Source of the DNA: Phycisphaeraceae bacterium
GTDB taxonomy: Bacteria; Planctomycetota; Phycisphaerae; Phycisphaerales; Phycisphaeraceae
Reading direction: 5' to 3'
Length of the DNA stretch: 64,000 bases
NCBI GenBank assembly: GCA_963674705.1
Contig: OY771506.1
Location: forward strand, 2,816,001-2,880,000
The position numbers were made by a program, and so were the translations under genes. Under the pieces are notes generated by a model that was not told where the DNA came from, did no database searches, and worked only from the letters and a program-made list of their open reading frames with translations. Positions 55,036 through 64,000 of the stretch are shown in pieces. How positions within the stretch are numbered: position 1 is the first letter of the stretch; every line of letters begins with the position of its first letter.

Positions 55036-55089
55036 CGTTTAGCCGGGCTGTTTACAGCCCGTATCCGCAGCAAGCTGCGGAGCTAAACG
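55036..55089. repeat. REP-like element with a closing stem and two hairpins
   Basis: CGTTTAGC [CGGGCTG-ttta-CAGCCCG] TA [TCCGCAGC-aa-GCTGCGGA] GCTAAACG. Confidence 0.7.
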
Positions 55090-55130
55090 CGTGTGTTGTT
55101 TTTGGGGCGTGAGACTGTGTTGAGCAGCAC

Positions 55131-55748
55131 TTATAGATCGCCGATCCGTGTGATCACCATCGGCTTGCTCATGTCGAAGAACTCATGAAGGTTGTCTTCT
55201 GTGAACAGGGCATCAAGTGCTGCCTTATCGCTTTCGATTTCGAGCGTGTTGCCGTTTTCTTCAAGCTCGCCCTTGATTTCGCCGGCCTCCAACGCCTCTT
55301 TGAACCTGTCGAACTTCGGGCCGGCCAGCACGAACACATCATTGTCGCTGCGTATGATCAGGCCGCAGATGAGCCATTCCTGTTCGTCGGTATCAGCGTC
55401 GTCGTCTTTGCCTTCGCCTTCATCGTCCCCATCATCGTCGGCGTGTTCATCATCATCGACGTTAACAGCAAACAGGAACCTGGCGTCGCCGTGTTTGGTG
55501 ATGAGCAATCGGATCTCATTAACCTCGAATTTATCATCTTTCCACTCCACGCCCGCCGCGACGAGCATGCCGTCCTCGATCTGTTTGACGTGGATGACGT
55601 CTTTTTCCATTTTCCAGACGCCTTGAAGCTCTTGTGCGTCCTGAGCCGCGATCGGCTCGCCGATGTATTGTTCGGTTATGATGGACTTACAGCCGGGCAA
55701 AAGACAAATCAGTAAAGCGGCCAGAAGCAGGGGGGTAAACCGAGACAT
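55131..55748 (-). CDS. Hypothetical lipoprotein with an acidic tract
   Basis: RBS AGGAG, lipobox LPGC. Confidence 0.78.
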   Translation of the reverse strand: MSRFTPLLLAALLICLLPGCKSIITEQYIGEPIAAQDAQELQGVWKMEKDVIHVKQIEDGMLVAAGVEWKDDKFEVNEIRLLITKHGDARFLFAVNVDDDEHADDDGDDEGEGKDDDADTDEQEWLICGLIIRSDNDVFVLAGPKFDRFKEALEAGEIKGELEENGNTLEIESDKAALDALFTEDNLHEFFDMSKPMVITRIGDL

Positions 55749-55823
55749 GGACCGACTCCTTTGTAGATGATGCTGAAGTTGTTATGAACCAGTCATGCGG
55801 TGCGGTGTTTGGGTGTGTCTTGA

Positions 55824-57032
55824 TCAAGCGACGACCGCGACACGCTCGATCAGGCTGTCTTTGATAAGTTCTGTTTTACCACCGTCGCGCGTGATGTGCC
55901 AGACCTTGACGCCGTTGGTGTAGACAACCGCCCCGTCCGGTGCAAGATCGTAATGCCCGACGTTGGTCGCAAGTACTTTTTCATCACCCTGTTTAGTTCG
56001 ACGGACAAGTTCCCATGTGTCCGGCACAACAGCGGGTGCGTTCTTGTTTTTTCGCTTGTTTTCCTTTTGAGCCTCGATCACCCGGCCGTAAAGGATCAGT
56101 TGCCGTGTGTTTTGTTTCTCCACCTTTGGCCCGCCAGCAGCGGTCAGAGGTTTTTTGCTGAAAAACAGGGAGAACATGTTCAGGAACCAGAATACAGCGA
56201 CCAGCAACCTGACGGGAAATAAAAGGATGTCCTTGATCAGTTCCAAAGGCCCGCGCGGCGTGTACATTGTTTGATAAGGTCGGCGGATGTAGTAAAGCGT
56301 TCCCTCTTGATCGATGCGCGGCAGCAGCAGGTCGTGTGTGTCCGATTCAACCAGCACCTCATGCTCATTGCGATCGAAGTCCAACCGCTCGATACGGAAC
56401 GTCGACAAACCGTAAATAAATCCGTGATGATCGCGACCGACGCCGGCCGACTGATAGACGATTGCGTTGTCCGCATCACCAACCCAGCTCGGTGCCTGGT
56501 CGACCGAATCACCTTCCGTGACTTCCGCCAGCCGTCCGCCGCCGGGCCGCATCGTGGCGAGGTTGGCCGTACCATCGGGGTAAGCGAGAGATGCGATCAA
56601 GCGTTCATCAGCCGGGTGCGCATCCAGTTCGCCGATACGGAAGTCGGTTCGATGCGCCAACCGACGCTCTTCATCGGATGAGATCGTGTACTCGAACAGC
56701 CCGCCGATCGTGTCGGTCTGCAGCGCGTAGAGCATCCGGTCTGCATCCAGCGAGACCGCGGTGATCATGTTGACCGCACGCTGGTTGGCTTGCAGCTGGT
56801 TCATCATCCCAAGCGAGACAAGTTCCGGCGGGGCGTGCGTCGCGTTCCACCCGAACGAGCCGGACTTCCACTCATTGCGTTGCCGACGGGACTCTGCCCG
56901 GTCGAGCAGGTCCTGCGCAAACGGGCTGGTTACCTCACGCTTCGAGCCGTCAGGCTGCAAGACGTAAAGCTTGCCCCCCGCGATGTAGGTGATGCGAACG
57001 CCGGATTGTGTCGTTTCAATGTGCCCCGACAT
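55824..57032 (-). CDS. TolB-like beta-propeller protein
   Basis: VTEGDSVDQAPSW, DLAPDG blade-like motifs and one internal hydrophobic segment. Confidence 0.65.
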   Translation of the reverse strand: MSGHIETTQSGVRITYIAGGKLYVLQPDGSKREVTSPFAQDLLDRAESRRQRNEWKSGSFGWNATHAPPELVSLGMMNQLQANQRAVNMITAVSLDADRMLYALQTDTIGGLFEYTISSDEERRLAHRTDFRIGELDAHPADERLIASLAYPDGTANLATMRPGGGRLAEVTEGDSVDQAPSWVGDADNAIVYQSAGVGRDHHGFIYGLSTFRIERLDFDRNEHEVLVESDTHDLLLPRIDQEGTLYYIRRPYQTMYTPRGPLELIKDILLFPVRLLVAVFWFLNMFSLFFSKKPLTAAGGPKVEKQNTRQLILYGRVIEAQKENKRKNKNAPAVVPDTWELVRRTKQGDEKVLATNVGHYDLAPDGAVVYTNGVKVWHITRDGGKTELIKDSLIERVAVVA

Positions 57033-57041
57033 GCCAATAAT

Positions 57042-57818
57042 CTACTCGCTTGCGAGCAATTCGTCGAAGAACGACTTCATGTGCTGCCAGGACCGCTTGT
57101 CCGCCTTTGCGTTGTACGCAACCGGCGGCATGCCGTAGCTGTCGGCGTCTGGATTGGTAAAGGCGTGCTTGGCGTAGGCGTAGCGGATCAAAAGCCAGTC
57201 CACGCCCTTGGCATCCAATGCATCCGTTGTCGCATCCAGTGATTCATCCGATACCAGCGAGTCCGCATCGCCGTGGCAGATCATGATGCTCGCATTGACG
57301 TTGTCGCTCGCCATCGGCGGGGCGGGGTTGCCGTGGAACGCGACGACCGCCGCCAAGTCCGTCCCGGTATACGCCAATTCAAGCACCGTCGTGCCGCCGA
57401 AGCAATACCCGATCGCGCCGATCTTCAAACCGTCGGTCTGGCCCGTCTTCTTGAACGCATCCAGCCCCGCCATTGCTCGCGCCCGGTACTCGGCTTGGTC
57501 TTTTCGTACAGCACCGGCCCATTGCCCGGCCAGAGCGGGATCATCCGTCACCCTCTGCTTGCCGTACATATCCACCGCAAACGCAACGTAGCCCAACTCC
57601 GCCAGCATATCCGTACGCTTCTTCGCGTAGTCATTCAATCCCCACCATTCATGCACGACCAGCACCGCCCCGCGAGGTTCGCCTTCGGGGATAGCGAGAT
57701 AGCCTTCGAGTTCTGCGTTGTCGTGGGAGTAGGGGATTGATTCGTTAGCGATTTGAGCAAAGCACACATTGCACGTGCCCAGGACAACAAGAAGCAATAG
57801 GTGTGATAGCCGTCTCAT
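57042..57818 (-). CDS. Dienelactone hydrolase family protein
   Basis: VHEWWGLN, nucleophile GYCFGG, HGDAD, HAFTNP; signal peptide. Confidence 0.93.
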   Translation of the reverse strand: MRRLSHLLLLVVLGTCNVCFAQIANESIPYSHDNAELEGYLAIPEGEPRGAVLVVHEWWGLNDYAKKRTDMLAELGYVAFAVDMYGKQRVTDDPALAGQWAGAVRKDQAEYRARAMAGLDAFKKTGQTDGLKIGAIGYCFGGTTVLELAYTGTDLAAVVAFHGNPAPPMASDNVNASIMICHGDADSLVSDESLDATTDALDAKGVDWLLIRYAYAKHAFTNPDADSYGMPPVAYNAKADKRSWQHMKSFFDELLASE

Positions 57819-57830
57819 AGTATAAGCCTT

Positions 57831-58361
57831 TCAATCCGCGCGTTTAATTTCAGTGCCGTGTAATAGTGAATACCGCCTGTGTTGTGATTCTTGATCACGT
57901 AATATCAGCGTGTCGTCTGTTACATCAACCAGATCCCACCCATAGTTTATTTCGGGCAAGGACCACAACACTTCACCATCTGTATTTAAACACAACGCGC
58001 CTGATTCATAAATTAGCAGCAGACGCGTGTCTTTTCGAACCAGATGTGTCCACATAAAGCCACGATCTCCATCGCGGCGATGTTCTAATTTGTGGCTTAT
58101 TCTGAATCCGGGGCGCTGGGCATCAAACAGAAATAGTTCGTCGCCAAACTCGCCCATGATAAATACACGGCCAATCTCTTCTAAGAGTTCGAAACGTAGA
58201 TCGAATTCAGATGCGAGCGGATGATCTGAATACGTGATAGCTTCATATTCTGCTGATATAAATACCAAGTCATGTTCACCACGCCTGAAGTCCAACACGC
58301 CATGCGGCGGAACTTCGATGTGCTTGCTGCCCAAGATTTGATTTTTCAGGTAATTGTCCAT
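57831..58361 (-). CDS. Hypothetical protein, lower GC than its neighbours
   Basis: 176-aa ORF filling the gap between the fusA terminator and the hydrolase gene. Confidence 0.6.
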   Translation of the reverse strand: MDNYLKNQILGSKHIEVPPHGVLDFRRGEHDLVFISAEYEAITYSDHPLASEFDLRFELLEEIGRVFIMGEFGDELFLFDAQRPGFRISHKLEHRRDGDRGFMWTHLVRKDTRLLLIYESGALCLNTDGEVLWSLPEINYGWDLVDVTDDTLILRDQESQHRRYSLLHGTEIKRAD

Positions 58362-58453
58362 GACGGACGGCCATATAAAGAAGTAAAAGTTGTTTATCTT
58401 GCTCGCAATAATTCTATCAACTCAAAGTATTCAGGTTATTACATTAAGACAAC

Positions 58454-58483
58454 AAAAAGCCCGCGGCGGTAACCGCGAGCTTT
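58454..58483 (-). terminator. fusA terminator
   Basis: Minus strand AAAGCTCGCGG-ttaccg-CCGCGGGCTTTTT. Confidence 0.8.
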
Positions 58484-58517
58484 GTGAGTTTTATTATCAG
58501 GCGAACCTGTTGTCTGA

Positions 58518-60662
58518 TTACTTGCCGGCGCCTTCGAGGATTTCCTTGGCGATGTTGCCGGGGACGGGGCGGTAGGTCAGCGGTTCCATCGCGTAGCTGG
58601 CGCGGCCCTGGCTCATGCCGCGGAGGGTGTTGGAGTAGCCGAACATTTCCGACAGCGGGGCCTCAGCGGTGACCACGCGGGTGTTGCCGCGTTGCTCGGT
58701 CTCGCTGATGATCGCACGGCGGCGGTTCAGGTCGCCGGTGACGTTACCCAGGAACTCGTCCGGGGTGGTGATGACGACCTTCATGATCGGCTCGAGAAGT
58801 TCCAGGCCCGCCTTGCGGGTCGCTTCCTTGAACGCCAGTGTGCCGGCCTGCTCAAACGCGATCTGCGAGGAGTCGACGTCGTGGAACTTGCCGTCTACGA
58901 GTGTAACCTTCACGCCCAGCAGCGGGTAGCCGGCCAACACACCGCTCTTGGCGGTCTCGCGGCAACCAACGGCCACTGACGGGATGTATTCCTTGGGAAT
59001 CGCGCCACCGATGATCTTGTTCTCGAACGCGACGCCGTCCTTGTATTCCAGTTTCTGTTCTTCGGCCTGTTGCTGTGTGATGGGCTCGACGAGGATCGAA
59101 CAGTCGCCGAACTGACCACGGCCGCCGGTCTGTTTCTTGTGGATGCCGCGGCCTTCAGCCTGCTTGCTGATCGATTCCTTGTAGGCCACACGCGGGGTAC
59201 CGACGTTCACGCCGACCTTCATGTCGCGGATGAGCTTGGTCTTGATGATGTCCAGGTGAAGTTCACCCATGCCGGCGATGATGGTCTGGCCGGTTTCTTC
59301 ATCGTAGTGGCTCTGGAACGACGGGTCTTCGCGGCGGATGGTGACCAGCGCGTTGCCCAGTTTTTCCTTGTCGGCGGTGGTCGCCGGCTCGATGCTCATG
59401 GAGATAACCGGCTCGGGGAAGTCCATACGCTCCAGAACGATCGGGTCGTTTGTATCGCAGAGGGTTTCACCCGTCATCGAGTTCTTCAGGCCGACGATGG
59501 CGACGATCTCGCCAGCCCTGGCGGTTTCGCGGGCGATGCGGTCCTTGGCGTGCATCTCGAAGATACGGCTGATGATCTCACGCTTGCCGTTGTTTGAGTT
59601 CAGCACGCGGCTGCCTTTTTCGAGCACACCGGAGTAGACGCGGACGTAGGTCAGGTCGCCGTGGGCATCGTTAACGATTTTGAAGACGAGACCTGAGAAG
59701 GGGGCTTTCTCGTCGTGCGGACGGGTCAGCTTCTTCTCGGCGTCCTTGACATCGGTACCTTGCACTTCCGGCACTTCGGTCGGGTTCGGCAGGTATTCGA
59801 TCACGCCGTCGATCAGCCGCTGCACGCCGATGTTCTGAAGAGCCGAGCCGCAGTAGGTCGGGTGGATCTTGCGGGAAATCGTGCCCTTACGCAGAGCCCG
59901 GCGGATTTCATCCGGTGTCAGGTCGTCATCATTCAGGAACTTCTCGGTCAGGTCATCATCCAGCTCCGCGGCCCGTTCGACCAGGTCGTGGTGCCAGAGG
60001 GTGGCCATATCCTTGTAATCGTCGGGGATTTCTTTTTCTTCGACGACCGCGCCCAGCTCTTCCTTGGAGAAGTAGTAGGCTTTCATCGTCAGCAGATCGA
60101 TGACGCCTTCGAACTCGTTGCCCGCGCCGATGGGGATCTGCACGGCTACGGCCGGAGCGCCGAGGCGATCCTTGATCGTCTTGAAGCTGTATTCGAAGTC
60201 GGCGCCGAGCTTGTCCATCTTGTTGATGAAGCAGATGCGCGGGACGCGGTAGCGGTCGGCCTGACGCCAGACGGTTTCCGACTGAGCCTCGACGCCTTCC
60301 TTACCGTCGAAGACGACGACCGCGCCGTCGAGCACACGCATCGACCGTTCGACTTCCATGGTGAAGTCGACGTGGCCTGGGGTGTCGATCAGGTTGAGGA
60401 TGTAGTCCTGGCCGTGGTGTGTCCAGGGGCAGGTGGTTGCGGCGGACTGGATCGTGATGCCGCGCTGCTGCTCGTCTTCAAGGAAGTCCATCGTGGCGGT
60501 GCCTTCGTGGACTTCACCGATCTTGTAGCTCTTGCCCGTGTAGTACAGGATGCGCTCGGTGACGGTGGTTTTGCCGGCGTCGATGTGGGCGCAGATCCCG
60601 AAGTTACGGGTGATCGCCAGGCGGTCGGCCATGTTCTTCTTGCTAGCGGTCGCGGTCGTCAT
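58518..60662 (-). CDS. fusA: Elongation factor G
   Basis: [53 protein letters not shown]. Confidence 0.97.
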   Translation of the reverse strand: MTTATASKKNMADRLAITRNFGICAHIDAGKTTVTERILYYTGKSYKIGEVHEGTATMDFLEDEQQRGITIQSAATTCPWTHHGQDYILNLIDTPGHVDFTMEVERSMRVLDGAVVVFDGKEGVEAQSETVWRQADRYRVPRICFINKMDKLGADFEYSFKTIKDRLGAPAVAVQIPIGAGNEFEGVIDLLTMKAYYFSKEELGAVVEEKEIPDDYKDMATLWHHDLVERAAELDDDLTEKFLNDDDLTPDEIRRALRKGTISRKIHPTYCGSALQNIGVQRLIDGVIEYLPNPTEVPEVQGTDVKDAEKKLTRPHDEKAPFSGLVFKIVNDAHGDLTYVRVYSGVLEKGSRVLNSNNGKREIISRIFEMHAKDRIARETARAGEIVAIVGLKNSMTGETLCDTNDPIVLERMDFPEPVISMSIEPATTADKEKLGNALVTIRREDPSFQSHYDEETGQTIIAGMGELHLDIIKTKLIRDMKVGVNVGTPRVAYKESISKQAEGRGIHKKQTGGRGQFGDCSILVEPITQQQAEEQKLEYKDGVAFENKIIGGAIPKEYIPSVAVGCRETAKSGVLAGYPLLGVKVTLVDGKFHDVDSSQIAFEQAGTLAFKEATRKAGLELLEPIMKVVITTPDEFLGNVTGDLNRRRAIISETEQRGNTRVVTAEAPLSEMFGYSNTLRGMSQGRASYAMEPLTYRPVPGNIAKEILEGAGK

Positions 60663-60886
60663 GGTAGTTACCTTCTATCGGTACGGTCTGTCAGGTCTTC
60701 ACCCCGCCTGGCCATGAAGCCGGGCGGCGTCAGACTTAGCCATCTGTTGGTTAAGGTTCAGGAACGTTGGGGTTGGCGGTTGTATCCCATGCGAATTATC
60801 GCCTTTCCCCGTCTCGGCACCCCTCATAGGCCCGCCTCGATGCCGGCAAAGACCCTTCGAAGAGTCTATAAGCTCGGAGTCGAGAA

Positions 60887-60914
60887 AGAATAGCGTCTAA
60901 ATACGTCCCGTCAA
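60887..60914 (-). promoter_or_regulatory. Sigma70-type promoter for fusA
   Basis: TTGACG-N16-TATTCT. Confidence 0.6.
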
Positions 60915-60925
60915 GTACTTACTCG

Positions 60926-60940
60926 GCAAGAGCCGTGCCA
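60926..60940 (-). promoter_or_regulatory. Sigma54 (-24/-12) promoter upstream of fusA
   Basis: TGGCACGGCTCTTGC matches TGGCACG-N4-TTGC. Confidence 0.65.
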
Positions 60941-61341
60941 CTAATCCAAGGGGTGAACCCAATTTCTACAACAAGCCCACCCAAAAGGCCTGTTTTGGCC
61001 ATATTTAGACCAATAAACCTTTAATATATTTCTCACACATGCCCTGAACCTTACTGAACTACAGCAATCACTCACCAACTGTCGCGTTCCGTGGTCCGTT
61101 TCATCGCGTCGCCGTGCGAATAAGCAGATATCGTCGTTGCCGTGTGTGAGGTGATAGCTGTGAAGTGCGGCGCTCGATACGTTTGGGGCGAGGTCACACT
61201 GTCGTGGTGTGGCCGTGTCCGCCCCCTCCCTCTGTTTCGGGGCTGAATTTCCGCTATCTACTTGTCAAAGAACGGATTGCGAGATGTCCGCTTCCCGGGG
61301 TAGGACGTCCGGGCCTGCGTTTAATGTCCGTTGATGCATAA

Positions 61342-61417
61342 GGCGGACACCGGGCGGACACGGGGAGGACACAGGTCATACACCGGTCAACACAGGACGG
61401 ACACAGGCCGGGCACCG
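61342..61417 (+). repeat. Array of seven degenerate ~11-bp direct repeats (GNCGGACACNG)
   Basis: GGCGGACACCG GGCGGACACGG GGAGGACACAG GTCATACACCG GTCAACACAG GACGGACACAG GCCGGGCACCG. Confidence 0.8.
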
Positions 61418-61440
61418 CTGCGGCCATACGTGACGCGAAC

Positions 61441-61476
61441 AAAAAAAAGCGTCGTCCCTTATAGGCTGCGACGACG
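61441..61476 (-). terminator. Terminator after the glycosyltransferase gene
   Basis: Minus strand CGTCGTC-loop-GACGACG-C-T8. Confidence 0.75.
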
Positions 61477-61550
61477 GATTGATGCGCACAATGGGGGATG
61501 AGCGTGAAGTGAAGCACTGGCTATGTTCGGATTGGGAACGCTCTAAGAGA

Positions 61551-62780
61551 TCAAACCGCAACCATCGTGCTGACTTGCTTGGGCATGATGACCTCTTGGG
61601 TCCATTCCGCTCGCTGCTTGTACCACTGTTCCAGGCTGTGACGGACGCCTGCCTCCCGGGCCGCATGCGACAATGACTTGAGTCTTGCAGGCTCTTGATA
61701 GAGCCGCCCCAGCTCAACCGCAGCCGCCTCTGTGTCACCGATCTCCACCAGGCGGCCCATTTGATCGCTGTCTACCCGGTATTCAAGGAACGGAATCTTA
61801 CTGCCAACCAGCGGCAGGCCCGCGGCCATCGTGTCGTAGAGCATCCGGGGCGTGTCTTCCTCGGTCGGCATGAACAGCAGCAGATCGTATTCCGCCAGCT
61901 TGCTCAGGAACGTATTGTCATACCTGACAAAGCCGTGGAAGATCACTCGATCCGCGATGCCTAAAGACTGGGCTTGGGCTATAAGTATTGTTTGCTCAGG
62001 TCCCGAGCCATAAAGATGATACTCCACGGGCACACCGTGCTTGTTTGCCTTCGCTACCGCCGCGATCGCATCATTTAAGCCTTTACGCGCAACAAACCGC
62101 CCGGCATAGACGGCTCTCAGTGGCCGACCAGGACCAAGCTGTTTAAGTCGTGTGCTCAACTGCTCGACACTGATCACGTCCGCCTCTTGATGCATTGAGT
62201 GGCAGAACGACTCGATCCGTTTTGCGTACTGCGCATAGCGATCGTAAACAAGTCCCTGTTTGAAAAAACAGATATCCGCTTCGCCGGCAGTCTTGCGGAG
62301 CATCCGATCGAACATGGCACAATACAGCTTGCCCTTGACTCCGGTCTGTGTCACGTGCGGGTCCATGTCCGGTCCGTGCAAGACGGTTGGGATGTTCGCT
62401 TTGACTGCGGCCTGATGCGCCTGATACCACATCGGCCTAAACGCTTCGCCCGCTGAGCAGTGCACGACTTTTGCTTTATCAAACGTGCTTTGCAGATCGG
62501 CTACCCATTGTTTGCCTTGCGCCCGCCAGTAGTCTCTCGTCCGGCATCGCAAATCGAACGACGCCACCACGTCTATGCCGTCATCCCGGCCGATCTCGTC
62601 CAGTTGCATCACACTTGCATCCGCCTCCGACCTGGGCAGGGAGGGCGTGACTAAAGTCAGGCCGCCATAGGCTTCGGCCAGCCAATCCCGCACCAGCAGC
62701 AGGTCCTGTTTCCACGAGACGTCCGTGTAGTAGCGGCCATCTTCTACATAAGTCGGGATGTGGATTGGCAGCACATACAT
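61551..62780 (-). CDS. Glycosyltransferase family 4 (GT-B)
   Basis: VYAGRFVARKG, YGSGPE, EDTPRMLYDTMAAGLP; start ATG 62780 likely. Confidence 0.88.
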   Translation of the reverse strand: MYVLPIHIPTYVEDGRYYTDVSWKQDLLLVRDWLAEAYGGLTLVTPSLPRSEADASVMQLDEIGRDDGIDVVASFDLRCRTRDYWRAQGKQWVADLQSTFDKAKVVHCSAGEAFRPMWYQAHQAAVKANIPTVLHGPDMDPHVTQTGVKGKLYCAMFDRMLRKTAGEADICFFKQGLVYDRYAQYAKRIESFCHSMHQEADVISVEQLSTRLKQLGPGRPLRAVYAGRFVARKGLNDAIAAVAKANKHGVPVEYHLYGSGPEQTILIAQAQSLGIADRVIFHGFVRYDNTFLSKLAEYDLLLFMPTEEDTPRMLYDTMAAGLPLVGSKIPFLEYRVDSDQMGRLVEIGDTEAAAVELGRLYQEPARLKSLSHAAREAGVRHSLEQWYKQRAEWTQEVIMPKQVSTMVAV

Positions 62781-62975
62781 GGTGGCTAATCGTGGTCTTG
62801 GTTCTTGGAGTATCTCGGTACAAGGCCAAGAGCCCGTAGTACGGTTCGTATTGTTGTTAAGTAATCCCTCGACGGGCGGATTATATGAACCTGATCCATA
62901 CAAAACAACGATAATTTTTGATTTGTTGAATCAGGCGTATGGAATTGGTCAGCGCAAGCAAGTCGCGCTGTTTTT

Positions 62976-63749
62976 TTAAGCTTGTCTTAAGACAAAGGCG
63001 TCGTATTGTTCGGGCGTGTCGATGCCGTGGTGGCGGACACGCGTCTGGATGATCAGGATCTTGTAGCCATGCTCCAGTGCGCGGAGTTGTTCGAGTTTTT
63101 CTGCTTCTTCCAGTGGGGTGGGGGGCAGGGTGACGTACTTCAACAGGAAGTCGCGGCGGTAGGCGTACAAGCCCGGATGCTTGAGGTAGGCTTGAGACTT
63201 GAGGCCTGAGGCTTGTGTATCACGATAGTAGGGGATGAGGCTGCGAGAGAAGTACATCGCGTGGCCGTGCTGGTCGACGATGAGCTTGACGATGTTGGGA
63301 TTGCTTGGGTCTTCGTCATCGGCAAACGGGCTGGCGAGTGTCGCCATCGGCGCGTCCGGGTCGTCGGCCAGGCCCTGCACGAGCTGATCGATCACGCCGG
63401 GCTCGATCTCGGGTTCATCACCCTGAACATTGACTATGAGGCTTGAGGGATGAAGCTTGAGGGGTGAGGCATCAAGCTGTTCGACCGCCTCGGCAAGTCG
63501 GCTCGTTCCATTAGGATGATCTTCCCGGGTCATGACCGCTTCACCGCCGAAGCCGATCACCGCGTCGTAGATACGTTGATCGTCCGTCGCCACGATAGTC
63601 CGGCTGATCGTTTCAGCCTTACGGACCTGCTCAACAACGTGCTGTATCAGTGGTTTCCCGGTCTTGTCTGCCAGCGGTTTACCGGGGAATCGGGTCGAGC
63701 CGTAGCGTGCTGGGATGATGGCGATGGCTTGCATGGCTTTAGCCGTCAC
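62976..63749 (-). CDS. kdsB: 3-deoxy-manno-octulosonate cytidylyltransferase
   Basis: IIPARYGSTRFPGKPL, VATDD, VNVQGDEP, MYFSR, EKLEQLRALEHG, GIDTPE; start GTG 63749 or ATG 63734. Confidence 0.96.
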   Translation of the reverse strand: MTAKAMQAIAIIPARYGSTRFPGKPLADKTGKPLIQHVVEQVRKAETISRTIVATDDQRIYDAVIGFGGEAVMTREDHPNGTSRLAEAVEQLDASPLKLHPSSLIVNVQGDEPEIEPGVIDQLVQGLADDPDAPMATLASPFADDEDPSNPNIVKLIVDQHGHAMYFSRSLIPYYRDTQASGLKSQAYLKHPGLYAYRRDFLLKYVTLPPTPLEEAEKLEQLRALEHGYKILIIQTRVRHHGIDTPEQYDAFVLRQA

Positions 63750-64000
63750 CGTTCTTAAGCTGCTCGATCAGTTGCTTAATCTCTTCCATGCGCTCGCGGA
63801 TGTCTCGGTAATTGATGTCGGCCTGGAAGATGCCCGAAGCAATCTGCTGTGCTTCTTTTGCATGCTCAATGTCATTGTTCTTACGGGCGAGCTTGATATG
63901 CGCGTCCATCTTCAGGTAACGCAGTTCCAATGCGAGACGATCATCGGGGATCTTGTGTGCATCAATGCCCTGGGCAAGGGTATCGACGGCCTCTTCAAGA
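63739..64000 (-). CDS. 3' end of a helical/TPR-like protein entering from the window edge
   Basis: Open frame LEEAVDTLAQG...DINYRDIRERMEEIKQL...*, overlapping the kdsB GTG start. Confidence 0.65.
   Translation of the reverse strand, partial: LEEAVDTLAQGIDAHKIPDDRLALELRYLKMDAHIKLARKNNDIEHAKEAQQIASGIFQADINYRDIRERMEEIKQLIEQLKNGDG

Noticed and set aside
59715..60893. 392-aa ORF antisense to fusA
   Set aside because: Mostly the mirror frame of fusA; no independent coding signal.
61342..61417. Possible CRISPR array
   Set aside because: Units are 11 bp, contiguous and spacer-less; no cas genes in the window.

Overview
GC-rich bacterial chromosomal window, most likely from a planctomycete of the Phycisphaerae type. 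This is inferred from 11 PEP-CTERM proteins, dockerin-like EF-hand tails, a prepilin H-X9-DG protein and CxxCGYxL zinc-ribbon membrane proteins. Housekeeping genes are rpoB-rpoC (detached from ribosomal protein genes), pyrG, a stand-alone fusA, kdsB, slyX, an ABC-F ATPase and tRNA-Leu(CAA). Accessory content: (i) a metalloprotease overlapping an exosortase-EpsI fusion gene; (ii) an islet below the tRNA with two variable zinc-ribbon cassettes and a complete IS630 whose end supplies a new in-frame start codon to the gene it interrupts; (iii) a seven-gene module encoding a signal-anchored PspA/ESCRT-III-like protein, a TPR plus FHA-like protein, a multi-TM Ser/Thr kinase with a TM2 domain, two membrane proteins and an ECF sigma factor fused to a zinc anti-sigma-like tail, which is the best candidate for an undescribed system; (iv) an 11-kb surface glycan-handling locus without SusC/D. 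Non-coding signals include REP-like elements, an 11-bp phased repeat array, heptamer repeats inside kdsB, a sigma54-type promoter before fusA and SD-like tracts without start codons in two long leaders. All family assignments come from motif recognition by eye; no database searches were run.
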